This document shows, piece after piece, positions 10,893 to 25,871 of a stretch of DNA of 64,000 bases. The stretch is from Eledone cirrhosa (Eukaryota), in contig OZ024742.1 of the NCBI GenBank assembly GCA_964016885.1, positions 216,256,001-216,320,000 on the forward strand, written 5' to 3'. Below the pieces are notes generated by a model that had not been told where the DNA came from, did not search any database, and was given only the letters and a program-made list of their open reading frames with translations. The position numbers were made by a program, and so were the translations under genes. Every line of letters begins with the position of its first letter. Within the stretch, counting starts at the first letter, position 1.

Positions 10893-12687
10893 GTATGTTT
10901 ATGAGTGTGTGTGTGTATGAAGGTCTATGTAGAAAAGTTATACCCCTAATGTCACGATTCCACATTATTGGGAGGTAACCTGACACTATGGGCAGCCTCA
11001 AATCCTTACACTGAGTTAATTCAGAATAACGGTATCCTGGTCAGGTTACTTTAATCTCAGCATCAGCAAATGACAGAACTAAATGCCGCCAAGTATCTCA
11101 TCCGACATTTTAACACTCTCTTAAAAGTCCTTATCTGGATTGGAATTTTCTTTTATCGATCTCAGAACAGCGCCCGTTGAGCCAGAATAATATTTCTATA
11201 TGATTTGGTTCCACACTCTAAAGTTACTGTAAATTTAATTTCTCAGAATGTAAACATTAACGATGTCATAGATGTTTTTGTTTTCGAGTCATTATGATCA
11301 AGACGGATCATGAGACTATAATCAAGACAGATTCAGGCTTATTTCTTTGGGTCTCTAGGACTATCTTATATGTGTCCTTCCATTGATTAAGAAAATAGGA
11401 TATCATTGGTTAGGGACTTGGGTACTATCTCTGTGTAGTTTGGCTGACCATGTATAAGCTCACTTCTTGTAATACGCGCCAAACTTTGTTACTAATTCCT
11501 ACATCCTACCTGAAACAAGTGGCTATTTATCGCGCTATCACTTATGATAAATATATATTTATCTTTTTATATAGTCCACCACAGACGCACACACATATCA
11601 CCATATATGTATATATATGTATATATATATATATATATATGAGGGGTTAGGTGTGTGTGTCGCCACGAAGTCGAGTTAATGGGTACCTACATGTGGGTTG
11701 TGTACATATATATGTTTAATTTTTTTAAAGGTTTCTATCATTTTGACTGAATAGACAATGTTGGTCTGTTCTCTTCAGACTTATACAATGATCTTCGTGC
11801 TTAAAATGCAGCATACGCACACACGTAAATGTGCGTATGTGTTTATATAGGCATCCAGTCTATGAGCACGAGTATATCTATATATATATGTGTGTGTGTG
11901 TATATATGTGTGTGGGGTGTGGGTGTGCGTGTGGGTGTCTATGTATGTGTGTGTACATTTATTTATGTGTTTACTTTTGTGTATGTGTGAGCGTCTGTAT
12001 CTATATTTGGTACATAGTAAAGTTATATTCCTATCATCGTTAAACAAATGTAAAATACTTTTCTTTCCTTTTCTGCTATTCGCGTGGAAAAGCTTGCGAC
12101 AGATAATCAATGGTGATCTATATCATTCCCGACACGAAATGTGCTTCGAGACAAACAGAATAATCTTGTTCAAGTAGTTAACTTGTCTAAAAACTCGTAA
12201 GTTTGTATCAGCTGTTTTGAAAAGACTTAAAGGACTAGGTTTTACATAAAATTGTTGGGAATTAGGTCAATATTTTGCGGTCATGTCAATAATCTAATCA
12301 TTGAAAGGGGATTTTTGTCTCTGATTTTCTTTTTGTTTGCTTTTCTTTTTTATGAGAGCAGGAGATAAACATATATAATCATCATTAACACACAGCGCAA
12401 GGTCGATGTATCCTTGACATGACAAGAAACATAAGTCTCTACGACCTGAACATGTAGCTGTAATTATATCATCTATTCGTCATTTCTTGCTTAGGTTGAA
12501 TTCTATAATTTCTATATAGTAAAAACAATAACATTCTCTGAAATCATACCATATCTACATGGTATTATCATTTTAAGAATGTAATATCCTTGAATTAGGA
12601 TGAGAATTAAATCCCTCTTAGAAGTTTATTTCTTGCGTTGGCCACATTCCATTTTACAAATCTGCCTTCATTATTGTCCATAGATAA

Positions 12688-12872
12688 TTGTTTCTACTTT
12701 AGACACAAGGCCAGCAATTACCCAGTGCATTACTGGTACTTTATTTTATCGACCCCGTAAGGATGAAAGGCAAAGTCAACCCCGGTGGGATTTGAACTCA
12801 GATCGGAAAGGGACATAACTATGCTGGAAAGCATGGCGTCCGACCCTCCACCGATACTGCCAATCCACCGCC
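12688..12872 (-). mobile_element. Full-length tRNA-derived SINE; central domain resembles the Meta/MESC SINE core (from recall, unverified)
   Basis: A-box-like tggcagtatcgg, B-box-like gagttcaaatcc, core and tail; flanked by repeats of attattgtcMatagataat. Confidence 0.92.
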
Positions 12873-12927
12873 AATTATTGTCAATAGATAATGTGGGCGG
12901 ATTCGTAAAATGGAATGTTGCCAACAA

Positions 12928-13116
12928 GGGCGGTGAATTGGCTGTATCGGTTGAGGGTTGGACGCCATGCTTTCTAGCATAGTTACGTCCCTTTACAGTC
13001 TGAGTTCAATTCCCTCGAGGTCAACTTTGCTTTTCATCCTTATGGGGTCGATAAAATAAAGTACCAGTAATGTACTGGGTAATTTCTGGCCTTGTACCTA
13101 AAGTAGAAACAATTAT
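12928..13116 (+). mobile_element. Full-length SINE, head-to-head with the previous copy
   Basis: Same family. Confidence 0.92.
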
Positions 13117-14036
13117 TGTCCATAGATAACTTGCCAAAATTTGTTTAGTCTTACAATGGTAAATTCAAATATTATTATTGACTAACTGTAATATTTCTCC
13201 GGGCTCTACCGAAGTAGAGTTTTAATATTCATTTCATAAACGTATAAAGTGTGTCTTGCTGCTCTGGAGTTTCGCCTGTTTATATACAGAGAGAGAGGGG
13301 GAGATGTTTCTTTGTAACAGCTAGAATACCTTTAATAAGAGGACTGCTTAATTTGGCCGTACTCGGACTTATATAATTAAATTTGTAAGATTTGTGCAAA
13401 GAAAAAAATTTGAATATGTACGTAAAGCTAAGTGTTCATACACTCTAATAACTTACCCACTTAGTAACTAGAATATCACCTTTCTAAGTGCAGGTTGCAA
13501 GGCAATGACTGATACAACTGCTGAACTACTACTACTATTACTACTACTACTATTACTACTACTATTACTAATACTACTACTACTGATAATGATAATGATA
13601 ATGATGATGATGATGATGATGATGATGCTACTACACTATCTCCTTTATAGAGCTACTAATGTAAATAACAGTATTCATACACGTTATTACGTTCGACTTC
13701 AGATTATTAGTGAAATATGAGATGAAGAATTGAAATAGCAAATAACACAGAGATGCAATGAGAATGACGTGGTTTATATCAATTGGAAAGGTTTAATCCA
13801 GCAAATATTTTGTTATTTTTATTTCTCTGGAAGGCCTTTATCCACAAAGAGAATCAGAGCGGGAGATGGGATGAGAAAGAGCAAGAGAGCATTAGTAACT
13901 GACAATATCGTGTTGTATATTCAGACTTTAAATCCCAAAATATAAGACATATTATTCTGTTATATATTTTATTCTATTCCATGTGTTATTAAATGATATA
14001 CCTATTAAATATGGTATTAGGATGTTGAATCAATGT

Positions 14037-14108
<72 letters not shown>

Positions 14109-14115
<7 letters not shown>

Positions 14116-14165
14116 TCAGGACCCCGACGGCTGTGCTCCGGCCGTTTCGACAAGTAGATCCGAAC
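14109..14165. repeat. Single arm of the terminal-hairpin family, flanked by (TA)n
   Basis: Matches 33882-33939. Confidence 0.85.
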
Positions 14166-14304
14166 ATATATATATATATATATATATATAATGGCTGCCC
14201 CCTCGTTATCGAGTATGGCCATTGCACGATATACTATTATTAATAATTATTAATTAATTATATCGTGCAATGCCTGTGCGTGAGGATATTTTTTAAAGTG
14301 AGGA

Positions 14305-14530
14305 AAAACTGAGCCAATCCCACTCTCTGGGCGACAGTAGCTATAACCCGAAAAGAAGAAAATATCAACATCATCGGTAACTACTGAGCCGAAGGTTTTA
14401 TATCGGAGCTATCCCACTTTCCTGAGTTGCCTTTTCCTAGAAAATTAACCTAAGAAAAGCTAGGGGTCCTTCACTCCCAGTGGTTTAACCGTGCGATCGG
14501 GTGTCCAGCCCGATTATTTCTACGTCCCCG
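14305..14530 (-). mobile_element. Decayed RTE 5'-region-like repeat
   Basis: Similar to 40905-41062 and ~3310-3420 (ccaatcccactctctg, caacatcatcgg, cctagaaa, actcccag). RTE assignment is an inference. Confidence 0.5.
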
Positions 14531-14686
14531 CGCATATACACACATATGCACCCATGTATATACACATATACATACATATGCACATGCGTATATATACCTA
14601 TTTACACACTTTTGGATGGCCGTTGACCCTTATGAGTTCTTCCGCCCTTTAAATATATATAAAATATACATACATACACACATACT

Positions 14687-14760
<74 letters not shown>

Positions 14761-15789
14761 GTATAATAAACAATACAATATAATTACCTCATTACCAGAG
14801 GTTTTACGAATAAAACGAATACGCGAAACGTCCTCATCGTTCGTCGGACAAGGCAATTTAAAACATAGTTAAATATTTGGAAAGTCTCCTCAAGAAATGC
14901 AAAAAATATATAAATAAAAGTAATGCAAGACATATATAAAAAAATATAAAAAATATATAAAAAAACATAAGGAAATATAGTTAGGCTATGTGTTTATGTA
15001 TGTATATACACTCACAAATGTACATATGTGTGTATGTACAAATGCATGTGTATGGTGAAAATGTGTGCGTAAGTACATATATGAGGGCAAGTATATTTGT
15101 GTATATGTGACCACAAATACGTATATAATATGAGTTGAAAAAGAAATTGTATGATAAGGTATTACATACACATACGAGTATGAAAGCACGCGTATAAACA
15201 CACACACACGCTTGGTCACTTACATGCGGAAGATAAAGAGGGAAGGGAGTGTAATAGTAAAAAGAAGTGTCATTCTTGATATATGTACAAAAATGAAACA
15301 ATATATGAGAATGAAAAAATGTTTAAATCAAAGAGAAAGTAATCAATTAACACTAGAAAAAAGAAAACAAACATATGTACGCACGTACATACACATATAT
15401 ATATAAAAAAATATTTATACACACAAATACGTACAGACAAAAGCGCATGCATGCGTATATACATACATACGAGGCACGTATATATATATATATCGCCCCA
15501 TGTATATCTAAACACACGTACGTACGCGACTATATATATATATATATATACACATATACATACACACCCATACATACATATACATATATACACATATACA
15601 TACACAAAGACATACATTCACCCGCATACACACACACACGTAAAAATAAGAATGTAAAAAACATAGATATAAAAACACACATACACACACATATATACGT
15701 ACGCACGCACACATACGGAGGCGTTCGTATACATATACAGAACGTATACACACATAAGCACACTCAGACACATAGATACAGATTATAAA

Positions 15790-16658
15790 TCAGACATATG
15801 AATAAATGAGTACAAATATAAAATCGGCTGCGAAACAACAGAATATATCTGGGTGGAAAACGTAAGTGACAAGGATATCAGGTAGTGAAAGAAAATGGGG
15901 AAGTAAATTGTGGAATGTGAAGATATGGTGTATGTGAAGTAAAAATAAAAATAAAATTAAAAATAAAGTTAAAAATGAAGTATATCAGTAAGAGAAGTCT
16001 GTAAAGGGGATAATTTAAGGAAAGTGAAGAATAAGAGTTTATGGAGGATAAGTATCTGAAAGTGAGTTAAGTTTATATGAACTGGAAAACAACTGTGATT
16101 TCATGTGTGGGCAACTGGTGAAAATTTCTGTTTTTGTATTTAGGCAGGTTTTTGGTGATTTAAAGTTCTGAAAAAGCCAATATTTTTCACTTATGCAGAG
16201 TGTGCATCTTCTTGTTCATCTTGCATATTCTTTAGATTGGTTCAAAATTGACCAATCCAATTTATATTGGATACCTTGGTCTTTCAAATCCCATATTCTG
16301 CTAGCCAGAGCTGTTGTGAATCTTTTTTCTAGATGTCGGAAAGATGCGACATGTGAGTAATAACGCGTTTTGAATTTGTCTTGTGTCGTACCCACATATC
16401 GTTCGCTGGTGGCTGGTTGGTTTTTGCTGATGGTTGTCACTTTAGCCGCATATACAATGGCTTTGGTGTTGCATTTACCTTGTAATGGGCATTCACTTTT
16501 GACTCTACAGGAGCAATTTTGATGTTCTCTAGTGATTTCTTATTGATGATATAAGATTTAATAGGGGAACCGCAGGAGTAGCTAATTTTGACTCAGTTTC
16601 TATTGAAGATCTTATTGTATCTATGTGTTCTAGGGAAATTTTTATCTAAGAGCTCTAG
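15790..16658 (-). mobile_element. PLE 3' fragment (thumb end + GIY-YIG, CxC type)
   Basis: FPRTHRYNKIFNRN*VKISYSC, CSCRVKSECPLQGKC, VYAAKV..YVGTTQDKFKTRYYSH, CTLCISEK. Confidence 0.85.
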
Positions 16659-16720
16659 GCGACAACAGAAACAAAAGAAAAAATAAATTATCTTCTAATA
16701 TCGAAACGAATTAGGCGAAA

Positions 16721-18611
16721 ATGAAATCATCCGCACCGAACACCACTGACGACACCACCACCACAACTGAAACTAAAATTAACTATAACAAAAATAACGA
16801 TAACAACAACAGCAACAATGAGCTTAAGAAAACCTTGTCTTTTGCCACAGTAGCAAAAAAAGTGCGAAGCATTCCAGGTAACTCATGAGGAATTAGAAGA
16901 AGCCCCAAAAAATGGTAAAGAAAGATGGGTACAGGGTCAGCCCCCCCCCCCCCCTCTACACACACACACCTAATAAAACGGAGCATCGTGGCCTATGCAC
17001 CGTATCTTATCGGACGATTAACATAAAATCGCGCCGAGTGGAACGGGCATCCGAGTCCCAAATCCAAAAAGTTTTTGGGCATGTGTGGGCAGAAAAACCC
17101 CACATCAGACGTGGGCAGAAATAAGGAACCGTGGACGTGTTCTTTGAAACAGCACAGGAGGCCAGCGAACACTCTATGGCCCCATTAAGAAGTGACGACT
17201 TCACACTCATCCCAAGCTATTGTGGCCAGAGACTCGTGAAGATCAGGGTAACCCACGTTCCACCGGCCATCGAAATTCCCTGGCTAATGGCTGCCGTGCT
17301 CGCCGGCATCGAAGCCAAAAGCAAGATAATCGAAATAGCGAAAGAAAAGCAGGAGAACTGGTCCGGATCTGGGATGGAGCTCCTGATCCAAGCGGACCAA
17401 AAAAGCATTGAGGAGATCCCAGGGGTAATAGACCTCACTGACGGCAGCCACCTCACCGTAATCGTCGAGGGCAGAAGGCCTAGGTGTGTCGCTTGTGGTG
17501 AAGGAACCCACCTAAGGGCTTTCTGCACTCAGGCTAAAAGGTTGAGGCCACCTCTTTTACCCATCCCAGTGACTCAACCATCAACACCACCAGCAGCAGA
17601 AATGGCAGCAACAACTGTAGCACCAACAACAGAAGCAACTGTAACAGCAACAACCCCAGAAACAGTAGCAAAACCAACAACACCACCACCAAACGCTTCA
17701 GAACTAGCACCAGCACCTACACCATCCACCACGCCACAACCAAAACTAACGCCTGTGGAGGATTTTCCACTCCCCGGCCTATCACAACTGGAGACAGATT
17801 GTGACGACGAGGAGTGGGACACGGTATCAGGAAAAAGAGAAAAAAAGAAACCAAAAAAGAAAAAAATTCTCTTCCTTCCCCCTCCAAAAATAAAATACAG
17901 AGGGAACCAAATAAATTAACAAGCAAAAAAGTTAGGACAGATATGCCACCATCCACACCAGCATCACCAACCCTATCACCCCAAACACCAACACCATCAC
18001 CATCATTAACCCCAACACCACCATCACATACACCACAAAAGTCAACAAAATGCGAAACAGAAACAAACCCACAACAAACGCAAACAAAACAAAACAACCA
18101 AAACGATACACACTATACAGCATTAAATTTGAACAACAACCGGTTGGTGGATTGGCAGTATCGGTAAGGGTCGGACGCCATGCTTTGAAGCATAGAGTTA
18201 CCTCCCTTTATGATCTGAGTTCAAATCCCGCCGAGGTTAACTTTGCCTTTCATCCTTACGGGGTCGATAAAATAAAGTACCAGTAATGCACTGGAATAAT
18301 TGCTGGCCTTGTGCCAAAAGTAGAAACAATTAAATTTGAACAACAACCAATTATTACACTACATCCAACACAATACCAGCATCACAGAAAAAGACTACAC
18401 AACAGCCCAAAAATTCACACCACCTCCACACATACAAATCACTCGCATCACACAGAAAACGTACATGGCACTAAAACAAAAATTCCCTAAAGACATCGGA
18501 GACTTCCGACAAGCACTCTCCAGGAGGATTTATAAGGACATCCTTCCTGAGGAGGCCACAAGCAGTGAAAAGGATGGAAAAACCGTCCTTCCTCTACGAG
18601 AAGCAAGGTAA
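16721..18611 (+). pseudogene. LINE ORF1 (zinc knuckle, Pro/Thr-rich region); frameshifted and SINE-interrupted
   Basis: SFATVAK at the N-terminus; ORF 17131-17919 with CVACGEGTHLRAFC (CX2CX4HX4C). Confidence 0.8.
18142..18328 (+). mobile_element. Full-length SINE nested in LINE ORF1 with a 20-bp target-site duplication
   Basis: attaaatttgaacaacaacc at 18122-18141 and 18329-18348. Confidence 0.95.
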
Positions 18612-18646
18612 GTGGTCTTTCCCATCTTTTCCACTCCATTTCAACA

Positions 18647-21600
18647 TGACCTCATTCAGAATAGGCAGCATAAATACGCGTGGCTTGTGGTCGTCATGGA
18701 AGCAGGGCCACCTGCACAACGACCTCAGGTCACTAAACATAGATGTAGTGGCCATCAGCGAGACCAGAATCTCCGAAGCACGGGCCTTCGCACCGATCTT
18801 CGGAGGCTACAATGTGTACGCATCTCCCAGCCGTCCGGGATCGGGAGGAGGAGTTGCTGTGCTTTTTCGGAGAGGTTTGGATCTTGCCATACGGGACCAT
18901 CTTCCTGGACCCAGAAGGTAAGGTGGTGGTGCTGGACGTGACCAGCGGAGACGGGCAAGCTTTCAGGTTAGTGGCCGTCTATGCCCCAACAGGAGCAGGG
19001 CGGCCTGATTTCTTCTGGCGTCTGGAGACTTTCTTGGAACGTCCCGCTCTTTGGTGTTAGTGGGCGACTGGAACGGGATCTTAGATGCACGCTGGGATTG
19101 TGTGGGATTAGTGGATAGGCGAGGAGGGTGCAAGAGTCTCACCAACCTGCTCAGGCGTTTTGAACTGTCTGACAGGTACCGATTGGATTTCCCGAATGTA
19201 CCAATGTGGACTTGGACAAATCGCAAAGGGTCATCCATATCATATCTAGATAGAGTATTTTGTAGGGAAATAGATAGGCGTAGCATAGGCTGTCCACAAT
19301 TCAAGACGTACTTGGACAAATCACATAGGGTCATCGAGATCATATCTAGATAGAGTATTTTGTAGGGAAATAGATAGGTCTGGCATAGGCTGTCCACAAT
19401 TCAAGATAGTCAGCTATACGGACCACAAATTCTTGATCTGTGTGCTTGACTTAGATAGGCTTCATAGACGAGGACCCGGCTACTGGAAGCTAAACGCGTC
19501 CTTACCAGCGCGCAAGGCCTACAGAGACCGGATTAGCGAACTAGTTAAGCGGGCGTTGACGGGGGCCATCGTCAACAACAAGTGGTGGTTTGCTCTGAAA
19601 AGAGCGATTAGAATAGAATCCATTAGGTTTAGTAAGGCTTTAGCAATAGAGAAAAATAGAGCAGAGGGAGAACTAGTTAGAAAATTAGACGAGGCGCTTA
19701 GCAAAGGCATTGCGACCGACGTGCTTGCGGCGAAATTGGCCCTTGACCAATTCTTCAATGCAAAGCACGAAGGCTGCGTTGTCAGTGCAAGGGTGCGTGC
19801 TCTCAGACACGAGGGGACGAAAGCCGTTCAATGGGCCCGAGTGGCGGAGGCGCGTCGTGGCAACAAAGCCATGATCCGGTCTTTGGTGGACCACGACGGG
19901 CGCATGCTACTCGATCCCGGGCAAATATGTGAAGCTTTTCAGCGACACTTCGCTCAGCTGTTCGGGGGGAGCGGTGGACCGGGTCGAGGGATGGACTTTA
20001 GTGTTTACGTCGACGGACTGCCGCAGCTCTCGGCCACTGAGGCGAAGTGTTGCGAAAAGCCGATAACAGCCGCTGAAGTAAGGGAGGCAATGACTGGCTG
20101 CACAAGGGGTAAATCGCCTGGTTTGGATGGTCTGCCCTATGAACTTTACGTACAGATGCCAGACTTGTTCGGAGGCTTCTTGGCGGACGTCTACTGCAAC
20201 TGGCAACAGAACGGGAGAATTCCTAGTTCTGTGAGCCGAGGAGCGGTGGCACTGCTGAGAAAGGATCCGAACAAGGGGGATAACATAGATAATTTCCGGC
20301 CCATAACTCTGCTAAACACAGAGTTCAAGATTTTGGCCAAGGTGCTAGCAAAGAGGTTGGCGCTTGTCGTTGGTGGTCTGGTGGGAGAGGCGCAGACATG
20401 CGCCATTCCCGACAGATCCATTCACGACAACCTCCACCTAATGCGATACATTTTAGAGAGGGTAGCTAGGGTACCTGGCACGGGTGGGTCCTTGATCAAT
20501 TTAGATCAGTCGAAAGCTTTCGATAGGGTTGACCATCGTTACCTAGCGGCAGTCCTGAAGGCGGCTGGCTTTGGGCCCGTCTTCAGAGGCTGGATCGCTG
20601 CCATGCACAGCGACATCCGCTCTGTGGTGAGAGTGAACGGTCATCTGTCGGAACCGTTCAACATCATGCGCTCGGTCCGCCAAGGATGTCCCCTCTCGTC
20701 CCTCTTGTTCGTATTGACTCTCGAGCCATTACTGCACAAACTGGAGACGTTGAGGGGCGTCCCGCGCGAACTAGGATGCGGAAGATCCGTGTCAGCATAT
20801 GCGGACGATGTCACCGTAGTGATGTCGAACGCCAAACACATCGAGGCGATCGGCACTACACTAAGAGAATACGAAGCGGTGACAGGAGCAATGATCAACC
20901 AGGAAATGTCAGTGGGCCTGCAGCTCGGCACCTGGAGAGGCAGGTCCATGCCGTCCAACAGCGTCGTCGGACGCTGGACGGACGGACCGGTTAAATTGCT
21001 AGGGATCTGGTTCGGTCTGGACCTCCAGACGGACAAAAACTGGGACGAGGTGACGAGCAGGGTGGCTTCTCTCACCCAGAAATGGGCGGAGGGGAAGCTA
21101 TCCCTGAAAGGTCGAGCGGAGGTGGCTAACGCGTACATCGCGTCTGTTATCTGCTACCGCCTGACCGTCGTACCTTGTCCTAAGCCTCGCCTGACTGCGC
21201 TGGAGCGTTTGCTCTTTCGCTTTTTGTGGAAGGGACGCGCTCCGATGGTCAGACGGTCCATGTATTGTCAACACCTGCTACATGGAGGGCTGGGCATGCC
21301 GTGGCTGATGATACGCAGGCACGCGCTCAGGCTACGACATCTCCACCTCTTCCTCGACGGTGATCAGGTGTGGTCGCCGTTTGCTAGACACGTATTTCCC
21401 CAGCTCGTTTCCTTGACAGAGCTGCAGTCCTGGGTCAAGCGAAGACCGAGAGGGAGCGCCTGGAGACTGGAATGTCTTCAGGCGCTCACAGCCCTCGACC
21501 AATCGGGCAATGTGATCGGTGGAAACTCTACCTCGGCGTTCTATAGAGGATTAGTGGAGGGGAAGAGCGACGACGTACTTGGGGAAACTCTAGGCGTCGA

Positions 21601-21709
21601 CGAAAATCAACTAGCCAATCTCTTCCCAGCATTTTGTAGAAAGATGGGTGAGAGAAGCAAGAATGGCCCGAGTGAATGGGCCTACTCTGAGTATATATCT
21701 GTAAATTAA
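18647..21709 (+). pseudogene. LINE ORF2: apurinic-type endonuclease + reverse transcriptase, frameshifted
   Basis: SINTRGL, ISET, VYAP, GDWN, YLDR, TDH; then KSPGLDG, FRPITLLN, LDQSKAFDRV, VRQGCPLS, AYADD. Confidence 0.93.
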
Positions 21710-21952
21710 AGGTGGCAAACTGGGAGAGGGCACTTGCCTTGGTGGTCAGGGTCATTGTGGCTTTTTACTGGGCTTTCTCCACAAATGTCCCTCCGAAGTC
21801 TCCCCCCTATTGGGGAATTTTTCATTGTTATTTTTGTTACATCCTCTGTTTTTTGTTTTTTACACGCAGAAATGCCCATTTGTACCGTCCTGCATTGTTC
21901 TGCACTGTCCTTAATGTCTACTTTATGTAAACCCTTGTGGTTAATAAAGAAA

Positions 21953-21997
<45 letters not shown>

Positions 21998-21999
21998 TA

Positions 22000-22175
22000 G
22001 GGCGGTGAATTGGCAGTATCGGTAGATTCTAGCATAGTTACATCTCTTTACGGTCAGAGTTCAAATCCCGTCGAGGATAACTTTGCCTTTCATTCTTATG
22101 GGGTCGATAAACTAAAGTACCAGTAATGTACTGGGTAATTACTGGCCTAGTGCCAAAAAGTAGAAATAATTATTA
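22000..22175 (+). mobile_element. SINE with an internal deletion, at the LINE tail
   Basis: Same SINE family. Confidence 0.9.
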
Positions 22176-22178
22176 TTA

Positions 22179-23030
22179 TCTATATATCTAAAACAGAGAA
22201 TGTCTGTCTGTCCGTCTGTCTGACTCCCTAAAAGTCGAGAACCAGCCAACCGATTGTTTTCAAACTTTACACATGTATTACTTATCGTCCTGTGAGTTAT
22301 TTGAGCAAAGAATATTTCAAATTTACAATGCCCTAGGGCCTGAATTAGGCGACTTAGCGATCTCGCTCTTTAATTCTTTAGTCTTTCTCTTTAGATAGAT
22401 ACATAAATGTAACGTTGCATCCTTTCAATATCTGTCTGTATGTCTGGCTGTCTGCATTACGACATTATGACGCTATATATGTGTGTGTGTATATATGTAT
22501 ATATATAGTGTGTGTATATATATATATATATATATAGTGTGTGTAACGTGTTTCGACATTATTACGCTATATATGTGTGTGTGTATATATGTATATATAG
22601 TGTGTGTATATATATATATATATATAGTGTGTGTAACGTGTTTCGAAATATTTACTTCGGCGTTCACAGATTGTTTTGTTTTTTTAGATTCAGAAGATCC
22701 CGTTAAGGGTGAAAGCAGCGATTCTTTGCGATTTTTTTTATATGTATATATATATATAATTATATATTCGTGTATAGATATTTTTGCATACACAATAACA
22801 AAATATAAACAAACGTATTTATTTCACGAGACTCGATAGCAGCAAAGACAACAACAAAAAAGAGAGGGAACGCAATTACATGCTTTTAAAAAATCTTAAT
22901 TATTTGCCTATTCACTCAAGGCGACTTCCTTTTTATTAGGACATCTGCATCAATTAGTGAACATACGATGGAGGGATAAACATGCCAATCTATGTTTAGA
23001 ATCCCGAGCAACGTCGGACCACTCTGCTAG
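22179..23030 (+). mobile_element. Non-autonomous Helitron-like element
   Basis: 5' TC after A, subterminal (GTCT)n, aaccgatt..ttcaaactt motif, 3' hairpin ccgagcaacgtcgg, then CTAG before T; internal ~94-bp tandem duplication at 22461-22645. Confidence 0.75.
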
Positions 23031-23323
23031 TTATTATATATATATATATATATTATATATAAACACACACACAGGCCTTAAGGTCAGTTACGAGGCAATA
23101 CTTTCTCTGATTGAAAGTTTATATTCATATAAAACTCATCTCATATGATGAATATATTAAATATATTCTAAAAGACAGAAGACTAAAAGTAGATGGAGAT
23201 GAAGACATAAAAACAACAGAGACAGGAACGTGGAATGGAAGCGATGCAGTGAATATATATATATATATGTGTATATATATATATGCACGTATATCCATTT
23301 ACTGCATCGGTTCCATTCCACGT

Positions 23324-24690
<1,367 letters not shown>

Positions 24691-25029
24691 TGAATAAATA
24701 ATCATGGAGAAGGGCGAGTGGTGTAGAATAAAACGAAAGTGTGTTAGATATTCCAAACCTTCATGAAAACAAGTCTTATGTGTATTTGACACGCTAAGCT
24801 ATTACCTAGGCAACATAAAATATCGCTGTTTAGTCTGGAATTTCTACCTATCTTGTTTCTGGTGTATTCTGATGATATTTCATTATTACTGTGTTTTTGC
24901 TTTGATATTATTCTTATCCTTATATTATTATTTTATAAACATTGTTATAAATATCATTAACTTCTTCTTCACCGATGTTCTTCCTTTTATCATTATTATT
25001 GTCTCTGTTGTTATTGTATTTATTATTAT

Positions 25030-25220
25030 TTCTAAGCGTTTTGGAATGGCTGACTCGTTGGAGCGTCGTCTGAAATATGATGCGCTATCCAGTTACTGAC
25101 TCTGAGTTCAAATCATGCTGCGTTAAAATTTACCTTTCATTCATCTGGGGTGAATGTAATAGAAATTTTCCTTCTCTCCAAATTACTGACCTCATACCAA
25201 AATTAGAAACAACTATTATT
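25030..25220 (+). mobile_element. Old, degenerate SINE relative
   Basis: ctgagttcaaatc, acctttcat and the tail attagaaacaactatt. Confidence 0.65.
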
Positions 25221-25224
25221 GGTG

Positions 25225-25830
25225 ATCATGGCCTCTGGGCAGCTCTAGGCGTTGAAGAGGACACTGTGAACAGGCTCTTCTGAAGGGCTTTCGGGTCGAG
25301 GACAATGATCAATTCTGAAAACCTTTTGGCCTAGAAGTGCGACAGAGGAGCAATACCAGTTTGGCAGAGATCTACAGGCAGTGACACGAAACCGCCCTGT
25401 ATGCTATTGCCCAGAGTCTGAACATTGCAGACTTGTGGGCTTTTGTTGAACAATTGTTATCACGTTTAGTACAGATCTGCCTATCAGCTGTGCCCCTAGT
25501 AGGGGTTTTACCACCACCTTATTTTAGAGCGCGGAGCGGAAAGTTCTCTTATGCCTGATAGGTATGGTGGACTCGTCTAAGTTTCAGAAGAGGAATATTC
25601 CTATCTCGCACAGCCCTCATTAGAGGAAGGTGACGGTAAAGAGGAAGATGCTGTTTTCTAGTACCATTTAAAATGAATATTCATTATCTTTTTATCTTTA
25701 CTGTTGTTACACATACTGCTTTCATTTCAGTGATGTCCCTTTCTTAGTAGATATGCACCCCACTCCAAGTTGTTTTGTCTTTGCATTATCCCCAATACAT
25801 TGGGTTCTTGAGATTAATGGAAAATATCAT
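25225..25830 (+). mobile_element. Decayed 3' fragment of a related L1/Tx1 LINE
   Basis: ctctaggcgttgaaga resembles 21588-21603; translation gives IADLWAFVEQLLSR, typical of the ORF2 C-terminus; T-rich 3' UTR. Confidence 0.6.
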
Positions 25831-25871
25831 CATCACCATCATTATTATTACTATTATAATTATTATTACTA

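Larger units (their letters stand above)
16659..21997 (+). mobile_element. L1/Tx1-clade LINE, near full length, disrupted
   Basis: ORF1 with a CCHC knuckle, APE + RT ORF2, AATAAA at ~21943 and a (TTA)n tail; GC-rich relative to the flanks. Confidence 0.93.

Noticed and set aside
11745-11785. CTGAAGA plus a hairpin on the minus strand; also lone CTGANGA at ~10698, 24869, 29369, 42952 and 58829
   Set aside because: No correctly placed GAAA, stem III or stem I.
12730-12982. Recurrent small ORFs ending VDFAFHPYGVDKIKYQ
   Set aside because: Incidental translation of the SINE core.
12928-13020. tRNA gene
   Set aside because: Only A/B-box-like SINE heads; no cloverleaf could be folded.
14218-14274. 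Small inverted repeats here and at 23227-23324 and ~32785-32925 as MITEs
   Set aside because: Single copies with no target-site duplication; more likely further small foldbacks.
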